Shown here in pieces: positions 48,371 through 57,770 of a stretch of DNA of 64,000 nt. Each line of letters starts with the position of its first letter. The stretch's first letter is position 1. The notes under the pieces are model-generated. The model had not been told where the DNA came from. It was given only the letters and a program-made list of their open reading frames with translations, and made no database searches. The stretch is from Brevinematia bacterium (lineage in GTDB: Bacteria > Spirochaetota > Brevinematia > Brevinematales > JAOACQ01), in assembly GCA_049968515.1 (NCBI GenBank), contig JBMFQR010000009.1, positions 1,528 through 65,527 of the forward strand, in the 5' to 3' direction. A program made the position numbers and the translations under genes.

Positions 48371-49132
48371 CTACATTCTGAAACTTAATATCAACTTTTC
48401 AATAAGCAAATCCCATCCATCCACAAGCAAAAACAACAAAAGCTTCAATGGGAATGAAATCATAATTGGTGGCAGCATCATCATTCCCATTGACATCAAA
48501 ACACTTGCAACAACTATGTCTATTATGGTAAAAGGAATTAATATCAACATACCCATATAAAATGAAATGGTAAGTTCATTCAGTATAAAAGCTGGAATGA
48601 GAACATATGTAGGAACATCCTCAGGTGTCCTTGGTCTCTCAAGCTTTGACATCTTTACAAATCTGTAAATGTACCTCTCCGACGTCTGTTTGAACATAAA
48701 CTCCCTTACTGGCAAAATTGCCTTTTTATAGCCTTCTTCAAGGGAAATCTTACCATCAAGGTATGGTCTTACTCCATCCTGATAGGATTTTGAAAAAGTA
48801 GGAAACATCACAAAAAGCGTTATAAACAATGCAAGACTGACTATCACCTGATTTGGTGGTATTGTCTGTGTGGCAAGACCCCTGCTCACAAAAGAAAGTA
48901 CAATATAGAGCCTGATATACGAGGTTAAAACAATCAGTAGAGTTGGAGCAAGTGAGATTATTGTAACAAGAAATAATATCTGCAGCGATAGGGCAACCTG
49001 TCTGGGGGTTTTAGCTTCCTGAATATTCAAACCTATTGTTGGAATTGGAAGTCTTTGTGCCTGTTGAGAATGAATAATCCCTCCCGACGAGAGCATCAGC
49101 AATAACACACAGACAACACCGAATTTTTTCAC
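48371..49132 (-). CDS. fliP: flagellar export apparatus protein FliP
   Basis: Signal peptide. LAPTLLIVLTSYIRLYIVLSFVSRGLATQTIPPNQV and PAFILNELTISFYMG blocks. Confidence 0.9.
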   Translation of the reverse strand: MKKFGVVCVLLLMLSSGGIIHSQQAQRLPIPTIGLNIQEAKTPRQVALSLQILFLVTIISLAPTLLIVLTSYIRLYIVLSFVSRGLATQTIPPNQVIVSLALFITLFVMFPTFSKSYQDGVRPYLDGKISLEEGYKKAILPVREFMFKQTSERYIYRFVKMSKLERPRTPEDVPTYVLIPAFILNELTISFYMGMLILIPFTIIDIVVASVLMSMGMMMLPPIMISFPLKLLLFLLVDGWDLLIEKLILSFRM

Positions 49133-49333
49133 TTCCCCTCCAGAAAACCACAGTTATTCATTCTGAAGAAAAAACAAGCATTCAACTCTTTTAGTAGAAA
49201 AAAAATTACTACTATAATATTATTACTTATCTTGAAAAAAAATGCAATAGTTTTGTAAAAAAAATTTTAATTTTTTTACTTTATTTCTGTTTTACTGTAT
49301 AATTTAATGCTCTTTTAATGTGGTTTTTTAGGC

Positions 49334-49714
49334 ATGGAGGATAATGTGAATTTTGATATTGATTTTGAAAAGATGGGGGGACTTGTCCCTGTTATTACCC
49401 AGGATGCAAAAACAAACAAGGTGCTTATGCTTGCATTCGCAAATGAAGAAGCCTTCCAAAAGACCCTTGAAACTGGAAAGGCAACTTATTTTTCACGTTC
49501 AAGAAATAAATTATGGTGTAAGGGAGAAGAATCCGGTAACTATCAGGAAATTGTAGAGATTCTTATAGATTGTGACAATGACACTCTAATTTACAGGGTA
49601 AATCAAAAAGGTAGTGGTGCTGCCTGTCATACTGGCTATGTAAGCTGCTTTTTCAGAAGCTGGAAAAATGGGCGGTGGGAATACAATGGCGAGGAAAGAA
49701 AATTTATCCCATAA
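49334..49714 (+). CDS. hisI: phosphoribosyl-AMP cyclohydrolase (monofunctional HisI)
   Basis: [47 protein letters not shown]...[11 protein letters not shown]. Confidence 0.9.
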   Translation: MEDNVNFDIDFEKMGGLVPVITQDAKTNKVLMLAFANEEAFQKTLETGKATYFSRSRNKLWCKGEESGNYQEIVEILIDCDNDTLIYRVNQKGSGAACHTGYVSCFFRSWKNGRWEYNGEERKFIP

Positions 49715-49748
49715 AAATTTAGTGTTTAAATATAAAGGAGATTCACTT

Positions 49749-50627
49749 ATGGAAGATAAAGTGCTAAAATTTGGTATTCCAAAAGGCAGTCTTGAAGAAG
49801 CCACAATAAATATGTTCAGGAGGGCCGGTTATAATATTACTGTGAACTCAAGATCCTACTATCCATGGGTAGACGATGAAGAACTCTCTCTGATGTTAAT
49901 AAGGGCACAGGAAATAGCAAGATACGTAGAAGAGGGTGTTCTGGATGCTGGAATTACTGGAAAAGACTGGATAGAAGAAAGCGGTGCAGATGTAATTTCT
50001 GTAGCTTCCTTACAATACTCAAAAGCAAGTAGAAATCCAGTGCGCTGGGTTTTAGCCGTTCATAAAGATTCTGGCATCAAATCAGTAAAAGACCTTGAGG
50101 GAAAAAGAATTGCTACAGAGGCTGTGGAAATGACAAAAAAATATCTCAAGAAACATAATGTAAATGCAACAGTCGAATTTAGCTGGGGTGCTACAGAAGT
50201 AAAGTGTCCGGTACTTGCAGATGCTATTGTGGAAATAACTGAAACCGGATCAAGCCTTAAGGCGAATAATCTTGTTATAATTGATGAGGTTATGGTATCC
50301 ACTACCCAGTTGATTGCAAACAAAGAATCCTGGAAAAACGAATGGAAAAAAGAAAAGATTGAAAGGATAAATCTTATGCTTCAGGCTGTTTTAGAAGCAG
50401 AAGGCAAAGTTGGACTGATGCTAAATGTCAGAAAAGAAAACCTTGATAAGGTGCTTAAAATTCTTCCAGCCATAAAAAATCCTACTGTAAGTCCTTTAAG
50501 CGATCCGGAATGGGTGGCCTTAAATACAATAATTGATGAGAAGATTGTCAGGCATATTGTCCCGGAGCTAAAAAAGAATGGAGCTTCTGGAATTGTTGAG
50601 TATCCTTTAAATAAAATTATCAACTGA
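49749..50627 (+). CDS. hisG: ATP phosphoribosyltransferase (long-form HisG)
   Basis: [51 protein letters not shown], and a C-terminal regulatory-domain-length tail. Start moved to ATG 49749 (SD AAGGAG); the track start is 49668. Confidence 0.85.
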   Translation: MEDKVLKFGIPKGSLEEATINMFRRAGYNITVNSRSYYPWVDDEELSLMLIRAQEIARYVEEGVLDAGITGKDWIEESGADVISVASLQYSKASRNPVRWVLAVHKDSGIKSVKDLEGKRIATEAVEMTKKYLKKHNVNATVEFSWGATEVKCPVLADAIVEITETGSSLKANNLVIIDEVMVSTTQLIANKESWKNEWKKEKIERINLMLQAVLEAEGKVGLMLNVRKENLDKVLKILPAIKNPTVSPLSDPEWVALNTIIDEKIVRHIVPELKKNGASGIVEYPLNKIIN

Positions 50628-50653
50628 ATAATTTTACTCTTTTTGTTTCATCC

Positions 50654-50699
50654 AGCCTTTTTGCTATACATTTGGCTTTGCAGAATGGCTTTTTTGTTT
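50654..50699 (+). terminator. probable rho-independent terminator of hisG
   Basis: AGCCTTTTTGC (50654-50664) pairs with GCAGAATGGCT (50680-50690) at 9 of 11 positions, followed by TTTTTGTTT. Confidence 0.45.
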
Positions 50700-51046
50700 C
50701 AAGAACTGCGTGCTTCTACTGAGACGCTGTCCAAAAAGTGGCAAATTTTTTTTCTTTTATTTTGAATAAAATGAAGAATATCTTTAAGCTTTCAAGGTGC
50801 GGGTGAGTTGTAGAGTGTCCTTTTGCGAACAAATACAAAACAAGTCGCTTTAGCAGAGACAGGATAGCATGGCAATAGATTGCCAGAAGACAGTCTGTAT
50901 TGACCTTCCTTTCAGGTTCTGAAAAAAAATAAATTTTACTTTAATTTTTTTATGATGTATAATTATGATGTTGTGTTTTTCCTTTAAAGTAATTATTCTG
51001 CAGCACTCTACAGCACAATAATTGTTGTCAAAAGAAGAGATGTAAT

Positions 51047-51556
51047 ATGAAATATTTGAAATTCTGCATTTCTATTATCTTGATTCTCTTTTTCTCCTGT
51101 CAAAGGCAAAAGGAGGAAGTCAAGCAAAGTGGCTTGAGACCTTATAAAATAAACGAAAGGTATGGTTTTTATGGATATATCGATGGAAAGGAAATAAGAA
51201 TAGAGCCAGACTATCACTATGCAGAAGAGTTTTCAGAAGGACGTGCTGTAGTGGGGTACAATGGAAAATATGGCTATGTCAATGAAAAAGGAGCTCTTGT
51301 AATTCCGATGATGTTTGATCTGGCATATAGATTTTCTGAAGGTATTGCAAAGGTAAAAAAAGGCGATAAATACGGTTATATAGACATGGATGGAAAGGTT
51401 ATAATTGATTTTATCTATGATGATGCAAAGGATTTTAAAAACGGCAGGGCATTTGTAAGAAAAGGGACAAACCAATTTTACATTTTTCCAGATGGTTCGC
51501 CAGTATGCATTTCAAATACAAATCAAACCTTCAGACGTAATCTCAGAAATTTTTAG
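51047..51556 (+). CDS. WG-repeat (KWG-type) lipoprotein
   Basis: Lipobox LFFSCQ. Three or four repeats of YGFYGYID / GKYGYVNEKG...I..F / DKYGYIDMDGKVII.F.YD.A.DF..G.A.V. Confidence 0.55.
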   Translation: MKYLKFCISIILILFFSCQRQKEEVKQSGLRPYKINERYGFYGYIDGKEIRIEPDYHYAEEFSEGRAVVGYNGKYGYVNEKGALVIPMMFDLAYRFSEGIAKVKKGDKYGYIDMDGKVIIDFIYDDAKDFKNGRAFVRKGTNQFYIFPDGSPVCISNTNQTFRRNLRNF

Positions 51557-51566
51557 GAGGTTTTTT

Positions 51567-52121
51567 ATGTATTGTATAATCTTGGGAAACAATTTTGAGG
51601 ATGTTGAAGCACTTGCTTTGATTGATATTTTAAGAAGGGCAAAGATAGCAGTTGAAATTTTTGGAGTTGGTTCAGATAAGATAAAAAGCAGAAGTAATAT
51701 TATCTATTTCACTGAAAGAGTCTTCCTGAGTGAAAAAGATATTGAAACATCACAATATCAGGGAATTTTACTACCGGGAGGACCTGGGGTAAATGAGCTT
51801 GTAAACAATAGTGAATTAATAAAAGTTATAAAGAACTTTCACAAAGAAGACAAGCTAATCTTTGCCATTTGTGCTGCACCAATGCTACTCGATGTTGCCG
51901 GTATTCTCGAAAACAGAAAATACACCTGTTTTCCAGGCACAATTATCAACTCAGGAATATATGTCGATAAGAAGGTGGTGGTTGATGGAAAGATAATTAC
52001 TTCAAAGGGAGTTGGAACCTCACTCGATGCTGCCTTAAAGCTTGTGGAAATAATAAACTCGAAGAAAGAAGCAAGTGAACTGGCAAAAAGAATAGTTTAT
52101 GAAAACTGGAGTGGAGAATAA
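51567..52121 (+). CDS. DJ-1/PfpI (ThiJ) family protein
   Basis: LLPGGPG and nucleophile-elbow AICAAP, ITSKGVGTSLD. Start moved to ATG 51567 (AGGAGG upstream). Confidence 0.8.
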   Translation: MYCIILGNNFEDVEALALIDILRRAKIAVEIFGVGSDKIKSRSNIIYFTERVFLSEKDIETSQYQGILLPGGPGVNELVNNSELIKVIKNFHKEDKLIFAICAAPMLLDVAGILENRKYTCFPGTIINSGIYVDKKVVVDGKIITSKGVGTSLDAALKLVEIINSKKEASELAKRIVYENWSGE

Positions 52122-52124
52122 AGT

Positions 52125-55100
52125 TTGATAAAAAAGTTCAGCTTGTGTTTTTTTGTTTTATTAAATTTTTGTCTGCTTTTTAATAGTCTTCATTCTTTAG
52201 AAGAAAGCACAAACAAAATCGCTAATTTTTATGAAAACAGAGAATCGTTAGATTACGAAAAAAAGCTTTATATTTTCTACTTTGATCCATTCGCTTCACC
52301 AACAAATATCACATCACTTGAGAATTTAAAATTGGAGCTTGCCGAATACATTTTCCCCGTAAAGAACCTTCTTTTCAAAAAACCTTATGAAAGACTAAAG
52401 CATCGATATAAGCCTTCTCTCATAAGTGAGGATATACTAATGGGCTATTCAGATGAAGACTTTAAGAATGCCACACAGAAGAAAAAGACCTTCAGAGCAG
52501 AAAAAGTAGAAACAGAAAAAAAACAACTCCAACTCGGTTATGAAGAGTGGGAGACAAAAATTATCCTTTCAGGAGGCGTAAGTTTCAGGGCAGGATATGG
52601 TTTCATATGGAAAGATCCTGCTTATCCATCGAGCTTTCCGGGTATCAATTTTGGTTTAAACTTAGACCAAAAGATGAGGGTAAATGTCGTAGGAAAGGTC
52701 GGAGAGAGGGTGAGTGTGAGTATTGATCACAGTTCTGAAAGCCCAGAGAATATCTACGAAATAGGCTACAAGGCACTGGAAACTGATAAGGGGATATTAA
52801 GAGAGCTTAGAGCCGGGAATGTAGAATTAAATATTCCACAGTCAAGTTATTTTATCAAGTATGAAGGAACAAGTAAAGACAATTATGGATTAAAAAATGT
52901 CCTGAAGTTTGGTGATGTCGAAAATCAGACGGTTCTAAGCCTCATAAAGAGCAAGAAAGGGTACAAAAGGTTTATTGGAAAGAGACAGCTCGAAAACATT
53001 GAAATAATGGATATTAACTATATTAAGAGAAAGTACGTAGTGCTTCCGGATAGCCAGATAGATTCCGGGAGTCTTTATCTATATATCTCCACCTCTGAAG
53101 CTGTAAGAGCTGAAAAGATTATTGATGGAAACTATTTTATAAGGCTTGTAGAAGGCAGAGATTTTACTGCAAACTATAATTCAGGAGAGATATTTCTCTC
53201 CAACACAATTGACAGGAATAGTTCACTTCTGGTTAGTTATACACACCATGGAGGCTCTGTTTTTTCTACAAATTCTAACGATGTATTATCACAGGATGGA
53301 AAATATATATATATCTGGAGATCAGACTTCAAGTTTTCAAGGTTTTTTCACTATTCATATTACCAGCTTCCTTACAAAAACTTTGATCCTTCATACGGAT
53401 TTTTTATAACAGTAGTTTACACCTACAATAAATCACAGAAGGCAGACTTTCAGTTCAGCATGGGGGATTTTATTTTCTACTCAGATCAGGGGCTAATCAA
53501 ATTTAAAAGTTCCACTCCATTTCCTGATTTAAACGGAAAAATATATACAAACGCTTCAGATCCAACATCCCAGGATTCTGTGTATACAATGCAGATTTCT
53601 TATTTTAGAGAGGTTTCAGGTTATCAACTTGATTTCAATGTCATCGAGGGAAGTGAAAAGGTTTACATTAATGGAAGACTTCTATCTCAATCTGAATACA
53701 GGCTTGTACCCTCACTTGGCGAGATATATTTTAATAATCCGAATATTATTAACGATAGTGATGTAATAGACATATATTACGAATATAAACCATTCTGGTC
53801 TGGCTCACAGAAGTTTAGCATTGCAAACAGGATTGACTATAAGCCAAATAATATAATAAACCTAGGGAGTACAATAGCTTTTAATATTCTTCAACGGGAA
53901 GCGGGTGCCTCACCAGTGGGTATGACGCCGGATAGCCTGTTAATGGGAGAAATTGATGGAAGCTTAAATTTTGCAAGACTTTTTGGTCTGCCAGATCCCT
54001 TAAACATTATCCTGAAAGGGGAATATGCTCTCTCTTACTATGATCCAAATACCTTGAATTATGCAATTGTTGAGGATTTTGAAAACATAGGTGAATATTT
54101 TAGCATCAATAAAAATGAAAGTGAGTGGATATTAAGTTCTCCTACGACAAATATTGATAATATAAGATATGAAAACCGTGGATGGCTTCTGTATAAGGAT
54201 TACAGAATAGATAACTGGGATGGCTCTTCAACCCCACTTCATTATTCTGTTAGCCTTTCTCCTGAAAAAATTCTGGATTATTCATTCAAGCCGGGACCAT
54301 ACAATACACTCGGAGGGCATCTGAGTCCTGCAGAGTACCCAAATATAAGCCAGACTTCACTTGTTTTTGATTATGACTTTAGAAATGGTGGGGAGTGGGT
54401 GGGAGCCGTACAACCTGTGGGAAATGGACCTGCCGGTATAAACTTGCAGGATTATAATGAAATTTCTTTCTGGGTTAAACTTCAAAGTGATGTTAATGGT
54501 GATAATACCTATGAAGATACTGGAAATGAAAGTGTGGAATTTTTTATCGCATTGGGGCAATTCAACGAGGACAGCGATGGAGATGGAAATTTTGATTATG
54601 AGATAAACGTTACCGACCCGGGATATGAATTCAACAATTACGGTATTAATAATGTTGCAACCCGTGTTGGCAGAGGGAGAAAGGGCGGTGGTGATGGAAA
54701 GATTCAGACTGAGGATCTGAATAAAGATGGAAGGCTTGATACTACTGAAAGGCTTGTCGTAATTCCTTCAAAATATGTAAACACCGATGTCACAAATGTC
54801 ATTGTTGAGCAGGGGGAATGGAAAAAGTTTACAATCAATTTGAGATCACTGACTGAGGAACAGAAAAATATTCTCAATAACGTAACAGGGCTCGGAATAT
54901 ACATAAAAAAGAAAAACGGAAATAAGGGAAGAGTAATTGTCGAATCCATAGATTTTAAAAAGGTAAGCTGGCAGGAAAAAAGAATTGATAATGTTAATAT
55001 TGAAACAAGCGATGCTTTCAGAGTAAATATGGTTACCACACTTCAGGATCCATATTACTCATTAAAGAGATTCTACACCCATTATCCCGCAAATGATAAA

Positions 55101-57755
55101 GATCAGGAAAGACTGGAAACCTTTGAGAAACTTCATGGTTACAAATCAGATTCTGAAGCAAATCAATATGAAGAAAAAGCATTAATCATACAATACTCAT
55201 TGAGCAACACTACAATTTTGACCAATACAGCAAACTGGACCGGTGGGAAAAGTGGCCTTGTTTATAAAAGAATTACAAGGGCTTACAATCTCTCACTTTA
55301 TAAAAACCTTTCTTTTTATTTCTACTTGCTTAAAAACGACAAATATGGAAGAAAGTTTAAAGATTTGACAGATACTTATGATGGTGAAAACCTCATCTTT
55401 ATCCTCGGTAATACAGAAAATAGCTACTATAAATGGAAAATTCCATTAAAGGAGGTTTCCGAAGAGGAATGGATAAAGGTAAATCTTAACCTTTCAGACC
55501 TTTCGATGGATATTAATGGAGTGAAGCTTATGCCAACTAATTCCGGCACCCCAAGTTTAAGGGACATATACTATGTGGCTATAGGAGTGGAAAATGAAAA
55601 TACAAATGAAGCAATTAATAGAGGAGCGCTGTGGATTAATGAGATATATGTAAGTGAAGATAAGCCTTCCTTTGGAACGGCCTACTATATTGAGGCAAAT
55701 ATTGAGTATAAAGAGCCGCTGTTAAAGATTAATGAGTTTGAAATAGTTGGGCCAACCGGCATAACTGGAAATTATGAGAATAAAGGATTGGGCTTCTTTT
55801 CTTCAGAAACAAATAAAAATGAAACCTCATATAACAGGCTTTCTCTTTCTTATAATTCTTCTCTTATAAAATTAATAAATTACAAAATCTCATATCAGGA
55901 TGAAAATACAGCAACTGAAACAAACAGCCTGATTTTGCCAGTCTATCTTCAGTGGAACTCAGATAGAAAAACCTACAACCACTCCATTAATTTAACCGAA
56001 ACAACATTTGTTCCTTCGCTTGGACATTCTTATACTGAGAGTTTTGAGAAAAAGATATGGAGAAATCTAATTTCCATGGAAACACAGGAATATTCTTTAA
56101 TGAATGATGAAGCTAAATTTAATGCCTCTTCAAAGCTAAGTCTTTCAAAATCAATCTTTATTTTTACTGAATTTGTAAAACTTACTCCACAAATAATCTG
56201 GGAAGACAATTATGCTCTCTATGATCTTTCAAATCTTACCAATGAGGAAAAGAAAATTTTTATTTCAAACTCAACAATTTATGGAATGGAATCGTTTGGC
56301 AAGAATCTATCAACTGATACTGGACTTGGTATTTTCTCATTTAAAATTAATGGAATATACAATAAAGGCATTGAAAAATACAATAAAGTGTTTGATATTG
56401 CGGGATATAGAAGCAAATTTGAGGAAATAGAAAACTCTCCATTTCTTTCTAAATATCCAGAAAGACTTTTCTCATTTCTTGATGGTTTTTCTTTCACAAA
56501 TTCACCACTCTATAAACTTGACAAAGAGGAATATAAAGGAAAACTTGCAGGTAACACTCCTGCAGGGCTGGAATTTTTCAAATTTGACTTTTACATTGAT
56601 GATTCAATCTCAAGGGAAGCAAATGCCTTTATTTATGATAATAAGGGAAATCTACTTAACAGGTTTGAGAGATTTTTACTCATTAATGATAATAAACTCT
56701 CTCTTTTTCCAAAGTTTATTTTAGACAGAATCACATTCAATATGAGAAGAAATCTTGATTTTGGCTACCAGTCGGTATCAAACATACTTGAACTATCAAA
56801 TGTTTTTAATACATTTTCGCAGATTTATTACTATCATCCTTTTTACTATAATCCATACATTCTTGGAGATGAAGCAAGGCTTAATTCTCTTGTTCTTGTA
56901 AGTAATTATAATGTTACAAACTTTCAGAGTTCTTCAAGATTTAATGAGCTTTATAGTATCGAATTCACTCTTGTCAATTTTAACAATATTTTTGATGTTA
57001 TATTACCTGTTTCATATTACCTTAAAAGCTATAATGTGACTGAAAGAAACTACCAGTCCTATTCCCAGTCAAAGGAGGGGGAAATATCATTTACATATAG
57101 CTGGAAAATATCAGATTACTTTACGTTCTTGAAGAAATTTTCAAATCTCAGAGTGGGAGATTTAAGACTTGACCTTAAAGTAAACAACAAAGAGAATTAC
57201 AATGAGAGAAAGATAACGGATGAATATGGCGGAAGCTTGAGTCAGAATATCTGGCTAACTTTATATCAGAATTTTATTTATAGCTTTTCAGTAAGCTTTT
57301 TGAAAGAAAGCTACGATTATAAAATAAGTGATTTTGATCAGGATTTTGGATTGCACAATATTAATACAAACTACTCTCTTTCAGAAAAGTGGCTTTTAGG
57401 TGGCAGTCTCATCTATAACTGGGAAATAAGAACTCCAACCGATTTGAATATTTTTATTGCAAGGCTTCCACTGAGTGAACAGAAGATTTTAAATAAGGAG
57501 GGAGTAACTGTAAATAGTGAGATCATTAATTATGACGGATTAAAGTTTTCAAGATTTTTGCAGAAGATTGTGGAGGTTATCTTTGACCACGAGACACAAT
57601 ATAGATTTTCTGATTATATTACTGGAAGCCTGCTCTTTCGTTTTCTTTATAACCAGTATGCTGATGTTTCAGCAACAGAAGGTGAAATCAAAAAGACCTA
57701 CTTTGAGCCGGGTTATGGTTTGCAGGTAGGCGTTGATATAAGAATAACGTTTTAA
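52125..57755 (+). CDS. giant (1876 aa) secreted / outer-membrane protein, tentatively SprA/Sov-like
   Basis: Uninterrupted ORF with a TTG start 3 nt after the DJ-1 stop. Signal-like FSLCFFVLLNFCLLF. C-terminal beta-signal VGVDIRITF. N/Y/S/F-rich throughout. Residues about 183-283 (KMRVNVVGKVGERVSVSIDHSS...LRAGNVELNIPQSS...YGLKNVLKFGDVENQTVLSLIKSKKG) resemble, from memory, the conserved N-terminal SprA block. The ORF itself is near-certain; the family call is not. Confidence 0.5.
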   Translation: MIKKFSLCFFVLLNFCLLFNSLHSLEESTNKIANFYENRESLDYEKKLYIFYFDPFASPTNITSLENLKLELAEYIFPVKNLLFKKPYERLKHRYKPSLISEDILMGYSDEDFKNATQKKKTFRAEKVETEKKQLQLGYEEWETKIILSGGVSFRAGYGFIWKDPAYPSSFPGINFGLNLDQKMRVNVVGKVGERVSVSIDHSSESPENIYEIGYKALETDKGILRELRAGNVELNIPQSSYFIKYEGTSKDNYGLKNVLKFGDVENQTVLSLIKSKKGYKRFIGKRQLENIEIMDINYIKRKYVVLPDSQIDSGSLYLYISTSEAVRAEKIIDGNYFIRLVEGRDFTANYNSGEIFLSNTIDRNSSLLVSYTHHGGSVFSTNSNDVLSQDGKYIYIWRSDFKFSRFFHYSYYQLPYKNFDPSYGFFITVVYTYNKSQKADFQFSMGDFIFYSDQGLIKFKSSTPFPDLNGKIYTNASDPTSQDSVYTMQISYFREVSGYQLDFNVIEGSEKVYINGRLLSQSEYRLVPSLGEIYFNNPNIINDSDVIDIYYEYKPFWSGSQKFSIANRIDYKPNNIINLGSTIAFNILQREAGASPVGMTPDSLLMGEIDGSLNFARLFGLPDPLNIILKGEYALSYYDPNTLNYAIVEDFENIGEYFSINKNESEWILSSPTTNIDNIRYENRGWLLYKDYRIDNWDGSSTPLHYSVSLSPEKILDYSFKPGPYNTLGGHLSPAEYPNISQTSLVFDYDFRNGGEWVGAVQPVGNGPAGINLQDYNEISFWVKLQSDVNGDNTYEDTGNESVEFFIALGQFNEDSDGDGNFDYEINVTDPGYEFNNYGINNVATRVGRGRKGGGDGKIQTEDLNKDGRLDTTERLVVIPSKYVNTDVTNVIVEQGEWKKFTINLRSLTEEQKNILNNVTGLGIYIKKKNGNKGRVIVESIDFKKVSWQEKRIDNVNIETSDAFRVNMVTTLQDPYYSLKRFYTHYPANDKDQERLETFEKLHGYKSDSEANQYEEKALIIQYSLSNTTILTNTANWTGGKSGLVYKRITRAYNLSLYKNLSFYFYLLKNDKYGRKFKDLTDTYDGENLIFILGNTENSYYKWKIPLKEVSEEEWIKVNLNLSDLSMDINGVKLMPTNSGTPSLRDIYYVAIGVENENTNEAINRGALWINEIYVSEDKPSFGTAYYIEANIEYKEPLLKINEFEIVGPTGITGNYENKGLGFFSSETNKNETSYNRLSLSYNSSLIKLINYKISYQDENTATETNSLILPVYLQWNSDRKTYNHSINLTETTFVPSLGHSYTESFEKKIWRNLISMETQEYSLMNDEAKFNASSKLSLSKSIFIFTEFVKLTPQIIWEDNYALYDLSNLTNEEKKIFISNSTIYGMESFGKNLSTDTGLGIFSFKINGIYNKGIEKYNKVFDIAGYRSKFEEIENSPFLSKYPERLFSFLDGFSFTNSPLYKLDKEEYKGKLAGNTPAGLEFFKFDFYIDDSISREANAFIYDNKGNLLNRFERFLLINDNKLSLFPKFILDRITFNMRRNLDFGYQSVSNILELSNVFNTFSQIYYYHPFYYNPYILGDEARLNSLVLVSNYNVTNFQSSSRFNELYSIEFTLVNFNNIFDVILPVSYYLKSYNVTERNYQSYSQSKEGEISFTYSWKISDYFTFLKKFSNLRVGDLRLDLKVNNKENYNERKITDEYGGSLSQNIWLTLYQNFIYSFSVSFLKESYDYKISDFDQDFGLHNINTNYSLSEKWLLGGSLIYNWEIRTPTDLNIFIARLPLSEQKILNKEGVTVNSEIINYDGLKFSRFLQKIVEVIFDHETQYRFSDYITGSLLFRFLYNQYADVSATEGEIKKTYFEPGYGLQVGVDIRITF

Positions 57756-57770
57756 ACGTAGGAGGAAGAT

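Noticed and set aside
49668-49748. Apparent 47-nt hisI/hisG overlap suggesting translational coupling or a fusion remnant.
   Set aside because: It is an artefact of the upstream in-frame ATG. The SD-preceded ATG at 49749 gives the canonical HisG N-terminus and a 34-nt intergenic gap.
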